Shown here: positions 37,270 to 48,637 of the stretch, in pieces
Layout of the letters: each line of letters starts with the position of its first letter
Position numbering within the stretch: position 1 is the stretch's first letter
Assembly (NCBI RefSeq): GCF_030028105.1
Contig: NC_092370.1
Location: forward strand, 182,786,647-182,850,646
Source of the DNA: Mobula birostris
Taxonomy: Eukaryota
Length of the DNA stretch: 64,000 nucleotides
Reading direction: 5' to 3'
Program-made: the position numbers and the translations under genes
The notes under the pieces: model-generated
What the model was told of the DNA's origin: nothing
Databases searched by the model: none
What the model saw: only the letters and a program-made list of their open reading frames with translations

Positions 37270-39470
37270 GGCTGAAAGAAGCTGGGAGCTTAACATCCAA
37301 GGGTACACATGGCATCGAAAGGACAGGCACCTGAGTAGAGGGGTGGAATGGCTCTGTTGGTAAAAAATGAAATCAAATCCATTGAAAGAAGTGACGTAGG
37401 ATCAGAAGATGTAGAATCCTTGTGGATAGAGTTAAGAAACTTCAAGGGTAAAAAGAGCCTGATGGGAGTTATATGCAGAACTCTGGTGGATTGAAATTAC
37501 AAAGAGAGATTGAAAAGCCATGTAAAAGGGAGAATGTTAGAATGGCCATGGGGGATTTCAGGTTGGTACTGGACCCCAAGAGAAGAAATACGTAGAATAC
37601 CTAGTGATAGCATTTCAGAGCAGATCAAGCCTACTAAGGAAAAGACAAATCTGGATTGAGTATTGTGCAATGAACCAGATTTTATTAGGGAGCTTAAAGT
37701 AAATATGATAGAAAGCGCCCTGGAGTTTGAGAGGGAGAAGCTAAAATCAGATGAATTGGTATTGCAGTTCAGTAAAGGTAACTATAGAGGCATGAGAGAG
37801 GAGCTGGCCAGATTTGATTGGAAGGCCACATTAGAAAGGACGATGATAGAAAGATTTGAAGGTAGATAAGTCACTTGCATTAGATGGATTACACCGCAAG
37901 TTTCTGAAAGTAGTGGTTGAAGAGATTGTAGAGGTATTACTAGTGATATTTCAAGAATCACAAATGTCACTACACTCTTTAGAAAGGGCGAGAGGCAAAA
38001 GACAGGAAATGGTAGGCTAGTTAGACTGACTTCAGTAGTTGGTCAGATGTTGGAGTCCATTACAAAAGATGAAGATTCTGAGTACTTGGAGTCCATGATA
38101 AAATAGGCTGAAGTCAGCATACTTTCCTTAAGGGGAAATCTCACCAAACAAATCAGTTGGAATTCTTTGAGAAAATAACAGGAAGGATAGACAAAGGAAA
38201 GTCAGTGGATGTTGGTGAACGCAGCAGGCCAGGGAGCAACTTTTGTGTGTGTTGCTTGAAATTCCAGCATCTGCAGATTTCCTCGTGTTTGTGTCAGTGG
38301 ATGTTGTTTACTTCGATTTTCAGAAGGCCTTTGACAAGATGCTACATGTGAGGCTCCTCCACTGTATAAGAGCCCACAGCATTATGGGAAAGATAGTAGC
38401 ATGGACGTAAGATTGGCTGACTGGCAGATGCTAAAGAGAGTGAATAGTAGGGACCCTTTCTGGTTGGCTGCTGGTGACTAATGGTGTTCAGCAGGGATCA
38501 ATGTAAGACTGTTACTTGGTACATTATGTGTTAACAATCTTCATGACAGAATTGGTGGCTTTGTAGCCACATTTGTGGATGATGCAGAGATAGGTGCAGG
38601 GCAAGGTAGTGTAGGGGAAGCAGCGGGTCTGTAGATGAACTTGGACAAATTAGGAAAATGAGGAATAGAGTGGCAAATGGAATATACAGTGTAGGGAACT
38701 GTATGGTCACACACTTTGGTAGAAGGAGAAAAGGCATAGACTATTTTCTGAAGAGGGAGTGAGTTCAGAAATCAGAGGTGCAAAGGGACTTGGGAAGTTC
38801 TAGCACAGGATTCTCTGAAGGTAAACTTTCAGGTTGAGTCAGCAGGAAGGAAGACAAATATAATGATAGCATTCATTTCAAGAAGACTTGATTATAAATG
38901 CTGAGGCTTTATAACACATTGGCCAGACCACATTTAGAGTGCTGCAATCAGTTTTGGGTCCCATAACTAAGAAATGATGTGCTGGCATTGGAGAGAATCC
39001 AGAGGAAGTTCATGAGAAAATTCCCAGAAATGAAAGGGTTAACATATAAAGAGTATTTGATGGCCCTTGGCATGTACTCGCTGGAGTGCAGAAGCATGAA
39101 TGGGATCTCTCATAACCTACTGAATGTTATAAGGCCTAAATAGTGTGTACGTAGAGTGGAAGGTTCTTGGACCAAAAGGCACAGCACAGAATAGAAAGAC
39201 ATCCCTTTAGAACAGAGATTTAAAGGATTTCTTTAGTCAGAGGGTGATGAATCTGTGAAACCCTTAGCCACAGACAGCTAATGAGGCCAAGTCATCGGGT
39301 GTACTTAAAGTGGAGGTTGACAGGTTCTTGATGAGTAAGGACATCAGAGGTTGTGGGGAGGCGGCAGAAGAATGAGACTGACAGGGAAAATAAATCAGCC
39401 ATGATCAAATGACATGTCACACTTGATGGGCCAAGTGGCCTAATTCTGCTCATATGATTTATGGTCTTAA
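37270..39470 (+). mobile_element. Old CR1 LINE ORF2 with internal deletions
   Basis: APE and RT remnants (WELNIQG, KGNYRGMREELA, DFQKAFDK, FVDD) and a CR1 3' UTR; the upstream piece lies at ~35240-35360. Confidence 0.82.
38215..38292 (+). mobile_element. 78-bp Penelope terminal micro-insertion with 14-bp TSD
   Basis: Flanked by GTCAGTGGATGTTG at 38201-38214 and 38293-38306; content matches the Penelope 3' end, with a short inverted 5' piece. Confidence 0.85.
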
Positions 39471-39574
39471 TGAAATAGATCCTTTTATCTTCATCTCAAT
39501 CAGAAACCTTTCTTTGTCAATAAGGTGCTCAAATAACATTGGTTAAGAAAGGCAATATAATGTTTGACTCTGTA

Positions 39575-39890
39575 AACAACAGGAATTCTGCAGATGCTGT
39601 AAATTTAAGCAACACACATCAAAGTTGCTGGTGAACGCAGCAGGCCAGGCAGCATCTCTAGGAAGAGGTGCAGTCGACGTTTCAGGCCGAGACCCTTCGT
39701 CAGGACTAACTGAAGGAAGAGTGAGTAAGAAATTTGAAAGTGGGAGGGGGAGGGGGAGATCCAAAATGATAGGAGAAGACAGGAGGGGGAGGGATGGAGC
39801 CAGGAGCTGGACAGGTGATTAGCAAAAGGGATACGAGAGGATTATGGGACAGGAGGTCCGGGAAGAATGATGGGGGGTGCGGGGGGACTA
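39575..39890 (-). mobile_element. Penelope-like 3' terminal fragment
   Basis: Reverse complement of ~55380-55690. Confidence 0.9.
39672..39707 (-). ncRNA. Minimal type I hammerhead ribozyme
   Basis: AGUC-CUGACGA-AGGGUCUCGGCCU-GAAAC-GUC-GACU; intact core and 4-bp helix I. Confidence 0.8.
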
Positions 39891-40922
39891 TTCAGGCCAG
39901 ATCATTGAGCAGAAATACTGTTTCCGATCTCTTTGTGTAGACTCTGTCCGACCTCCATATAGATCAACATTTTCAGTTTTAGATCTGAAGCTTTCATTCA
40001 GCTCATCTTGCCATGACAAACCATAGATATGAAATCAAACACTACTAGCTACAGTTGACAAGAAACAGGAGCCATCTACAGTTCTTAAAATGTAAATGAC
40101 AAGCATGTAATCAGTTTGAAGTTAAAACGAAGCACTGTCTATAGAGCAGATTGCTAGCACACTGCATCTGGTTTACTGCTGCTCAAAAGGTGCAGCATAA
40201 GATAATAGGTTATTTACTTTGGCTTGTTTCAAAATAGACGACACTGACCCTATTGCTTAGGTCAAGGAAGCTTGCAAACCATGTGGAAACAAATCACTTA
40301 GCATATCAATAACTGATCTGTTAATAAGTTGGGACTTTTATGTACTCAGAGAAGATGGTGTTACAGCATTAATTGTGGGTAGTTGGAAACTATGTCTCCA
40401 AAAATCTCTTAGACCTTTTGTGTAAAAAGGGTATCTGAGGGAATATCATACAAGTGCGAAGTCACACAAATGGCAAAGAAACCGCATAAGTATAGAGAGG
40501 AGTTCAGGCTTATTGGGAATGAGATAAGGAACATCAAGAAGCATGAAAGAAAAATGGGGTGAATTAGAATCCATTCCTCCAACTTCTGTTTCTGCAATAG
40601 ACGATTTATTCATCTGCTTCGTTGGTATGCCTTGTTAGTTTGCAAGATTTATACCTGTGCTCTGGAATGTTTCAGAAATGGTTTGCAACTTGGAAATGTT
40701 TTATAAAGTAGAAATCATCTGTGAGTTTTAAATGTATTTAAGAATGCTGTTCAGATTTAAACATGTATCACTGAAAATAAATGAACTGTGTTTTAAACTA
40801 TTTTGTTAGCTGGAAGTATTTCCTCCTTGGTAGGGTGGGTGGACCCACCACTCAAATAGTGGAGCTCACTGTGGAGAATAAACAGGGAAAAGAACTAGTC
40901 TTTGACAATTGGGTAGTTTCAG

Positions 40923-41029
40923 TATAATCTCCCTTTAGAGAGAGTACTTGTGGTTATTTACATCGGATAGAACTTAAGGTTTTTGCTTGAGTTTAGAACT
41001 TTGTGATCAGCAAATCCAATACCATCACA
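40923..41029 (+). repeat. 5' LTR U5 end (direct repeat copy 1)
   Basis: Aligns to 41871-41973 with about 15 substitutions and one 4-nt gap (counted by eye); both copies end CAATACCATCACA. Confidence 0.9.
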
Positions 41030-41031
41030 GT

Positions 41032-41049
41032 TGGTGCCCAACATGGTCA
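41032..41049 (+). promoter_or_regulatory. Primer-binding site, tRNA-Lys1,2 type
   Basis: TGGTGCCCAACATGG matches 13 of the first 15 nt of TGGCGCCCAACGTGGGGC; both mismatches are CpG transitions. Confidence 0.75.
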
Positions 41050-41151
41050 TGTTATACCGGAAGTATTATTTTAGAAAGAACTATTATTTAGCAGTAGTCC
41101 AACTCAAGGTGTGCTCAGTAAGAGCAAAGGGACTTCACCTAGTGCTATAAA

Positions 41152-41870
41152 ATGGACAACATCCTGGTTTCCAGCAGAAATGCTAGTCAATATCATGAAT
41201 GCGTTAATAGTATTGCAGAAATACTGGATAATGCCCCAAACTGCTCCTCAAACTGAGCATGATGAATATTTGATTCTTCAAGTCGGAGACTGGAATGATG
41301 AAGGGATAGGGCATCGAGTAGGATGCAGATTAGATAGACCAAACCTCACTGTACAACCTGCAGAACCCAGACCATTGCAATTTGTACCAGATCCCAGCTC
41401 TGCAGCAATAATTCGTACCTGGAGACAACAAGTTAGACCCTTTTTAGATAGAAACAAAGCACCCGAGTGGGGACCACATATTTCTGTTTTAGAACTTGGT
41501 GACACGTATCTTAAACTTGACACATTGGGATACCATGTATTCCTTCCAGACACACTTGAGATAGCATCCACACCAGTAAACCCTAGAGGTACTAATAAAG
41601 CCTGGAGAATCAATGCTTGGGAACCTGCACTAGAATTACTAAAAAGATTGACTATTACCAGGAAAAGAATACAGGGATAGGCTCCTGTTCAGGAAGCTAC
41701 TGGAGCTTCCCCAGCATAAACATTCTGTCAGGTTTTTGGAACTTTGACTATTCAGATTTTGCAGGCAGTATGCACCACACAACTGATGCTGAAGGAATTC
41801 CATCGTGGCTACTTCAGAATGTGAGGAGGTTACAGGCCTTCTGGGCCAGTCAATCAGTTATACTCCCCAA
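41152..41870 (+). pseudogene. gag: Spumavirus-like gag 5' portion with two frameshifts
   Basis: ATG 41152 MDNILVSSRNASQYHECVNSIAEILDNAPN; shift to HDEYLILQVGDWNDEGIGHR...PEWGPHISVLELGDTY (ORF 41111-41680); shift to DAEGIPSWLLQNVRRLQAFW (ORF 41617-41886). Colinear with foamy Gag motifs as I recall them. Confidence 0.65.
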
Positions 41871-41973
41871 TATCATCTCACTGTAGTGAGAGTACTTGTG
41901 GCTATTTATAGCGGATAGGACTTAAGGCCTTTGAGTTTACAACCTTGTGGTCAGCAAACACAATACCATCACA
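41871..41973 (+). repeat. 3' LTR U5 end (direct repeat copy 2)
   Basis: Direct repeat of 40923-41029; ends in CA and is not followed by a PBS. Confidence 0.9.
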
Positions 41974-42809
41974 ATACACTTAGAAGAGCAAATGAATTTA
42001 TATCGCAATTTTGATATATAACATAAAATGAAAATATAATCAAACCAAGTACCATGTAAAAGCAACAAGTATAATAGCCTGGACTGCAAGATGTGAGTCT
42101 GGAAACTGGAAGATATGCTGCTGTGTGCTTGTAAACACTGGAGCCAATTTATGGAAAGCCGTGCAGTAATCCTACACTATTTAAATGGCTGCTTAGGCTA
42201 ATCACAGTCACTTCGGCAGCTTGCTGCTAAGAACTTGAGGCTGCCTAGGAAATCAAGAGACCGCTTGCCCAATTTCTACACCTATGGAAATATGGTCTGC
42301 ATTGGTAATTACAGCATAGCTGAACATTAAGCCGAACCCTTTGTAATTCACATAGGTACTGGCATGATGGAATGGATCTTTGAGGTGTAATCAATATTCT
42401 CCTGACCTTTGCATGTCCTGCCATTCTCTGACATTACACAGGCCACTCTTGGCCATGAGAAAGATGATAAATTATGATCTGAGCAAATAATTCAACTCTG
42501 AAATGTTTCACGCCTGTTGTTTGACTTGATAGATGTCTTACAACCTTAGACTGATTCTGCTTGTATTCCCACTGTTAATAGTGACAGCATCAAAAAATCT
42601 GGGCACACAAACGTTCAGAGCAGCCTCATCAATAAGAACTAAGGGCAGGGCTGTGACTTTGGTGAAGGTTGGCTGGAGATCTGCTTGCAGCTAGTAGAAT
42701 CAAAGTGCAAGGACCACTCTGAGCATCGACATTTCTGGGTGCAGAACAGCAATCTGACCTGTACCTCAGTCTGGGTACTCAGGTGTGGGGAACACTGAAG
42801 GATAAGTGT

Positions 42810-43363
42810 TTCAAAAAGGCAACAATCATACCAGTGGCAAAGAAGAGCAGGGCTCCCTCAATGACTATCGCCCAGTGGCACTCACATCTTCTGTGATGAA
42901 GTGTTTTGAGAGGTTGGTCATGCTAGAATCAACTCCTGCCTAAGCAACAACTTGGACCTACTGCAATTTGCCGATTGCCACAACAGGGCTGCAGCGGATG
43001 CAATCTCCCTGGTTCTCCACTTGGCCTTGGATCACCTGGAAAATAACAATACCCATGTCAGGCTGCTGTTTATTGACTACAGCTCAGCATTCAACTCAAT
43101 CATATCCTCACTTCTAATCAATAAGTTCCCAAACCTGGGCCTCTTGTACCTCCCTCTGCAACTGGATTCTTGACTTCCTCACTGGGAGACCACAGTCTGT
43201 ATGGATTGGAGATAACATTTCCTCCTTGCTGACAATTAATACTGGCGCAACTCAGGGATGTGTGCTTAGCCTATTGTTTTACTCTCTCTACACCCACAAT
43301 TGTGTAGCTAGGCACAGCTCAAGGGCCATCTATAAAATTGCAGCTGACACTACTATCGCTGGC
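42810..43363 (+). mobile_element. Rex1/Babar-type RT fragment
   Basis: NDYRPVALTS, LFIDYSSAFNSI and GATQGCVLS motifs. Confidence 0.82.
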
Positions 43364-43899
43364 TGTTACATGGAAACAGATTCAAGGCTCTAGAAGTGAG
43401 TGAAACAGAAGGCACAGATTTCAAATGAGTACAATAACTATTTATTTATAAGTGAACCACAAAATACTAATCTGGGCATCTAGCGAAAGAAGTGCTTGTC
43501 TAAACGACCCTAGACTACATAGAACTACAATATTAAACATTCAGTAACCCCTGTAACTTAATGGATACTCCATTAAATCTCCCCAGGTTATAAAACTGCA
43601 GAACTAATCATGTTACAAATGAGTACTTAACTAAATAAACACGGGAGGAATGCCTATGGCTGGAATGCTCTTTCCCGATGGTCCTTCAGTGCTGCTCGCG
43701 ACTTCAGCCTGAAGTGGGCCCTGGAGACAAAACAAAATGTGCGGTGGAATGACCATTCTTGGAGTGGTCACTGTTTGAACGTGCCAGCCTTCAGAGTGGT
43801 TTTGGCTCATCAGGCTGAGGCACGATCAGGCTTGGATAAGGTAAATTGCCTTGTAAGTTACTCTTTCTCCATATTTATTTGTTCATTCCTCATCTATTA

Positions 43900-45040
43900 G
43901 GGCATGGTAGTTTAGTGAGAATGGCTCCAAGGGCAATGTTTTGTACCCTGTGTGGGAGGTGGGAAGTCTGGGAAACCTCCAGTCTCCCAGATACACACAC
44001 TTGCACCAGGCACACTGAGTTGCAGCTCCTGAGAGAACGTATTAAGGGACTGAAGCTGCAGCTCAATGACCTTCAGCTCCTATGGGAGAGTGAAGAAGTG
44101 CTGGACAGGAGCTACAGGGAGGTAGTTACCCCTTGGTTGCAGGTGATAGGTAACTGGGTGACTGTGAGGAGAAGGAGGGGTCAGTGCAGGGTACATTTGT
44201 GGCCATTCCCCTCAGTAATAATCTAATAACTTTAGATGCTACTAATGGGGGGCGGGGGGCGCGGTCAAGCTACCAGGGTGGAGCCACAGTCTCTGAAACT
44301 GAGTCTGTGCTGTGGCTTTGAAGAGTAGAGAGGTGAAGAGGACTGCAGTGTTGATAGAGATTCCTTAGTCAGAGGAACACGAAGTTCTGTGGCCGCGATA
44401 GAAACACTGGGATAGTACATTGCCTCCCTGATGCCAGAATCAGGGTTGACTCAGATTATGTCCATGGCATTTTCAAGGGTGAGGGTGAGCAGCCAGAAGT
44501 CTTGGTCCATATCGGCACCAATGATATAGGCAGACAAGGTGAGGTAGTCCGGAAGAGGGATTGGAGGGAGCTATGTAGAAAGCTGAGAAACAGGACCTCC
44601 AGGGTAGTCATCTTTGGATTGATGCTGTGCCACATGCTGGTGAGGGTAAGAATAGGATGATTTGGCAGGTGAATGCATGGCTGAGAAATTGGTGCAGGGG
44701 GCAGAGGTTCAGATTTCCGGATCATTGAGATCTCCTCTGGGGAAGGTTTGACCCGTACAAAAGGGATGGGTTATACCTGAACCCAAGCAGATCCAATATC
44801 CTTGTGGACAGGTTGGCCACAGTTGTTCAGGTGGTTTTACACTAATTTGGCAGGGGTATGGGAACCAGAATGATAATGATGAAGGTAAGGTAGTTGGTTT
44901 ACATACAGAGACAATGTGTAGTGAGACTCCTAGCAAGGAGAGGCCGATGACAGGGAAAAATAGCAGTCACCAGGATCAGTTGCAATGTAAAAAGCGGACA
45001 AAATCAAAAAGGGTGATAAATAGAGGACTCAAGGTGTTTT
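43900..45040 (+). mobile_element. Older CR1 LINE ORF1 region (host of the young CR1; resumes 48882-49660)
   Basis: CTLC..W..C / leucine-zipper segment (ORF 43846-44226) and VHIGTND esterase motif. The APE start is split between ~45030 and NKVDEL at 48884. Confidence 0.8.
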
Positions 45041-45041
45041 T

Positions 45042-45065
45042 TATATATATATATATATATATATA
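45042..45065. repeat. (TA)n microsatellite
   Basis: About 12 TA units. Confidence 0.95.
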
Positions 45066-45178
45066 ATGTAGAGAATAACATAGAAACATAGAAAACATAG
45101 AAAATAGGTGCAGGAGTAGGCCATTCGGCCCTTCGAGCCTGCACCGCCATTTATTATGATCATGGCTGATCATCCAAC

Positions 45179-48062
45179 TCAGAACACCGCCCCAGTCTTC
45201 CCTCCATACCCCCTGACCCCCGTAGCCACAAGGGCCATATCTAACTCCCTCTTAAATATAGCCAATGAACTGGCCTCAACTGTTTCCTGTGGCAGAGAAT
45301 TCCACAGATTCACCACTCTCTGTGTGAAGAAGTTTTTCCTAATCTCAGTCCTAAAAGGCTTCCCCTCTATCCTCAAACTGTGACCCCTCGTTCTGGACTT
45401 CCCCAACATCGGGAACAATCTTCCTGCATCAAGCCTGTCCAATCCCTTTAGGATCTTATACGTTTCAATCAGATCCCCCCTCAATCTTCTAAATTCCAAC
45501 GAGTACAAGCCCAGTTCCCCCAGTCTTTCTTCATATGAAAGTCCTGCCATCCCAGGAATCAATCTGGTGAACCTTCTCTGTACTCCCTCTATGGCAAGGA
45601 TGTCTTTCCTCAGATTAGGGGACCAAAACTGCACACAATACTCCAGGTGCGGTCTCACCAAGGCCTTGTACAACTGCAGTAGTACCTCCCTGCTCCTGTA
45701 CTCAAATCCTCTCGCTATAAATGCCAGCATACCATTCGCCTTTTTCACCGCCTGCTGTACCTGCATGCCCACTTTCAATGACTGGTGTATAATGACACTC
45801 AGGTCACGTTGCACCTCCCCTTTTCCTAATCAGCCACCATTCAGATAATAATCTGTTTTCCTATTTTTGCCACCAAAGTGGATAACTTCACATTTATCCA
45901 CATTAAATTGCATCTGCCATGAATTTGCCCACTCACCCAACCTATCCAAGTCACCCTGCATCCTCTTAGCATCCTCCTCACAGCTAACACTGCCACCCAG
46001 CTTCGTGTCATCCGCAAACTTGGAGATGCTGCATTTAATTCCCTCATCCAAGTCATTAATATATATTGTAAACAACTGGGGTCCCAGCAATGAGCCTTGC
46101 GGTACCCCACTAGTCACCGCCTGCCATTCTGAAAAGGTCCCGTTTATTCCCACTCTTTGCTTCCTGTCTGCTAACCAACTCTCCACCCACACCAATACCT
46201 TACCCCCAATACCGTGTACTTTAAGTTTGCACACTAATCTCCTGTGTGGGACCTTGTCAAAAGCCTTCTGAAAATCCAAATATACCACATCCACTGGTTC
46301 TCCCCTATCCACTTTACTAGTTACATCCTCAAAAAATTCTATGAGATTCGTCAGACATGATTTTCCTTTCACAAATCCATGCTGACTTTGTCCGATCATT
46401 TCACCACTTTCCAAATGTGCTGTTATCACATCCTTGATAACTGACTCCAGCAGTTTCCCCACCATCGACGTTAGGCTAACCGGTCTATAATTCCCCGGTT
46501 TCTCTCTCCCTCCTTTTTTAAAAAGTGGAGTTACATTAGCCACCCTCCAATCCTCAGGAACTAGTCCAGAATCTAACGAGTTTTGAAAAATTATCACTAA
46601 TGCATCCACTATTTCTTGGGCTACTTCCTTAAGCACCCTGGGATGCAGACCATCTGGCCCTGGGGATTTATCTGCCTTCAATCCCTTCAATTTACCTAAC
46701 ACCACTTCCCTACTAACATGTATTTCGCTCAGTTCCTCCATCTCACTGGACCCTCTGTCCCCTACTATTTCTGGAAGATTATTTATGTCCTCCTTAGTGA
46801 AGACAGAACCAAAGTAATTATTCAATTGGTCTGCCATGTCCTTGCTCCCCATAATCAACTCACCTGTTTCTGTCTGCAGGGGACCTACATTTGTCAGGTG
46901 AGCCACTTTCTCTGGCTAATTTGTATGCTGCATCTTTGGAATTGATACTATCCCTAATTTCTCTTGTCAGCCACGGGTGCACTACCTTCCTTGATTTATT
47001 CTTTTGCCAAACAGGGATGAACATTTGTTGCAGTTCATCCATGCAACCTTTAAATGCTTGCCATTGCATATCCACCGTCAATTCTTTAAGTGTCATTTGC
47101 CAGTCTAGCTTAGCTAATTCACGTCTCATACCTTCAAAGTTACCCCTCTTTAAGTTCAGAACCTTTGTTTCTGAATTAACTATGTCACTCTCCATCTTAA
47201 TGAAGAATTCCACCATATTATGGTCACTCTTACCCAAGGGGCCTCTCACGACAAGATTGCTAATTAACCCTTCCTCATTGCTCAAAACCCAGTCCAGAAT
47301 AGCCTGCTCTCTAGTTGGCTCCTCGACATGTTGGTTCAAAAAACCATCCCGCATACATTCCAAGAAATCCTCTTCCTCAGCACCTTTACCAATTTGGTTC
47401 ACCCAATCTACATGTAGATTGAAGTCACCCATTATAACTGCTGTTCCTTTATTGCACACATTTCTAATTTCCTGTTTAATACCATCTCCGACCTCACTAC
47501 TACTGTTAGGTGGCCTGTACACAACTCCCACCAGCGTCTTCTGCCCCTTAGTGTTACGCAGCTCTTCCCATATCGATTCCACATCTTCTCGGCTTATGTC
47601 CTTCCTTTCTATTGCGTTAATCTCTTCTTTAACCAGCAACGCCACCCCACCTTCCCTTCCTTCATGTCTATCCCTTCTGAATATTGAATATCTCTGAATG
47701 TTGAGCTCCCATCCCTGGCCACCCTGGAGCCATGTCTCTGTGATCCCAACTATATCATAATCATTAATAACAATCTGCACTTTCAATTCATCCACCTTAT
47801 TACGAATTCTCCTCGCATTGACACTCAAAGCCTTCAGGCGCTCTTTTACAACTCTCTTAGCCCTTATACAATTATGCTGAAAAGTGGCCCTTTTTAATGC
47901 TTGCCCTGGATTTGTCGACTTGCCACTTTTACTTTTCTCCATAGTACTTTTTGTTTCTACCCTCACTTTACACCCCTCTGCCTCTCTGCACTGGTTCCCA
48001 TCCCCCTGTAGTGAACTAACCTCCTCATGCCTAGCCTCTTTAATTTGATTCCCACCCCCCAA
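45179..48062 (-). pseudogene. CR1 ORF2p (APE endonuclease + RT), disrupted
   Basis: GITETW, MGDFN, SDHN (46860-48062); NYRPVSLTS, DFQKAFD, GVPQGS, KFADD (45830-46906); C-terminus 45179-45814. Deletion/frameshift at ~46900 and a stop at 45830. Confidence 0.92.
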
Positions 48063-48067
48063 CCATT

Positions 48068-48637
48068 CTAGTTTAAAGTCACCTCAGTAGCCCCCGCTAA
48101 TCTCCCTGCCAGGATATTGGTCCCCCTAGGATTCAAGTGCAACCCGTCCTTTTTGTACAGGTCACGCCTGCGCCAAAAGAGGTCCGAATGATCCAAAAAC
48201 TTGAATCCCTGCCCCCTGCTCCAATCCCTCAGCCACGCATTTATCCTCCACCTCATCGCATTCCTACTCTCACTGTCGCGTGGCACAGGCAGTAATCCCG
48301 AGATTACTACCTTTGCGGTCCTTTTTCTCAACTCCCTTCCTAGCTCCCTATATTCCCCTTTCAGGACCTCATCCCTTTTCCTACCTATGTCATTGGTACC
48401 TATATGTACCACGACCTCTGGCTCCTCACCCTCCCACTTCAGGATATCTTGGACACGATCAGAAATATCCCGGACCCTGGCACCAGGGAGGCAAACTACC
48501 ATCCGGGTCTCTGGACTGCGTCCACAGAATCGCCTATCTGACCCCCTTACTATCGAGTCCCCTATCACAACTGCCCTCCTCTTCCTTGCCCTACCCTTCT
48601 GAGCTACAGGGCCGGACTCTGCCGGAGGCACGGCCAC
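48068..48637 (-). CDS. CR1 ORF1p SGNH/GDSL esterase domain (partial)
   Basis: VIGDSIVRG, VHIGTND and DGLHLN blocks. Confidence 0.88.
   Translation of the reverse strand: MAVPPAESGPVAQKGRARKRRAVVIGDSIVRGSDRRFCGRSPETRMVVCLPGARVRDISDRVQDILKWEGEEPEVVVHIGTNDIGRKRDEVLKGEYRELGRELRKRTAKVVISGLLPVPRDSESRNAMRWRINAWLRDWSRGQGFKFLDHSDLFWRRRDLYKKDGLHLNPRGTNILAGRLAGATEVTLN

Larger units (their letters stand above)
40700..41973 (+). mobile_element. Endogenous foamy-virus-like provirus, internally deleted (5' boundary unresolved)
   Basis: TATAAA 40702, AATAAA 40877, LTR end ...CCATCACA 41029, 2-nt spacer, tRNA-Lys PBS, spuma-like gag, and a second LTR end at 41871-41973. Confidence 0.7.

Noticed and set aside
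39915-39921. ATAC-TGT as TSD and start of the foamy-like 5' LTR
   Set aside because: It matches the ATAC after 41973, but the following sequence looks like a decayed Penelope-type tail and a 4-mer match is expected by chance.
41111-41680. 189-aa ORF as an intact stand-alone gene
   Set aside because: It starts at GTG. The better gag-like N-terminus is in another frame from ATG 41152, and similarity continues in a different frame after the stop, so it is treated as a frameshifted pseudogene.
43364-43780. Possible LTR starting TGTTAC
   Set aside because: No matching CA end, TSD or partner found.
46891-47697. 268-aa plus-strand ORF and similar antisense ORFs (27802-28290, 45867-46271, 48201-48735)
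   Set aside because: Antisense shadows of retroelement ORFs with no independent motifs.
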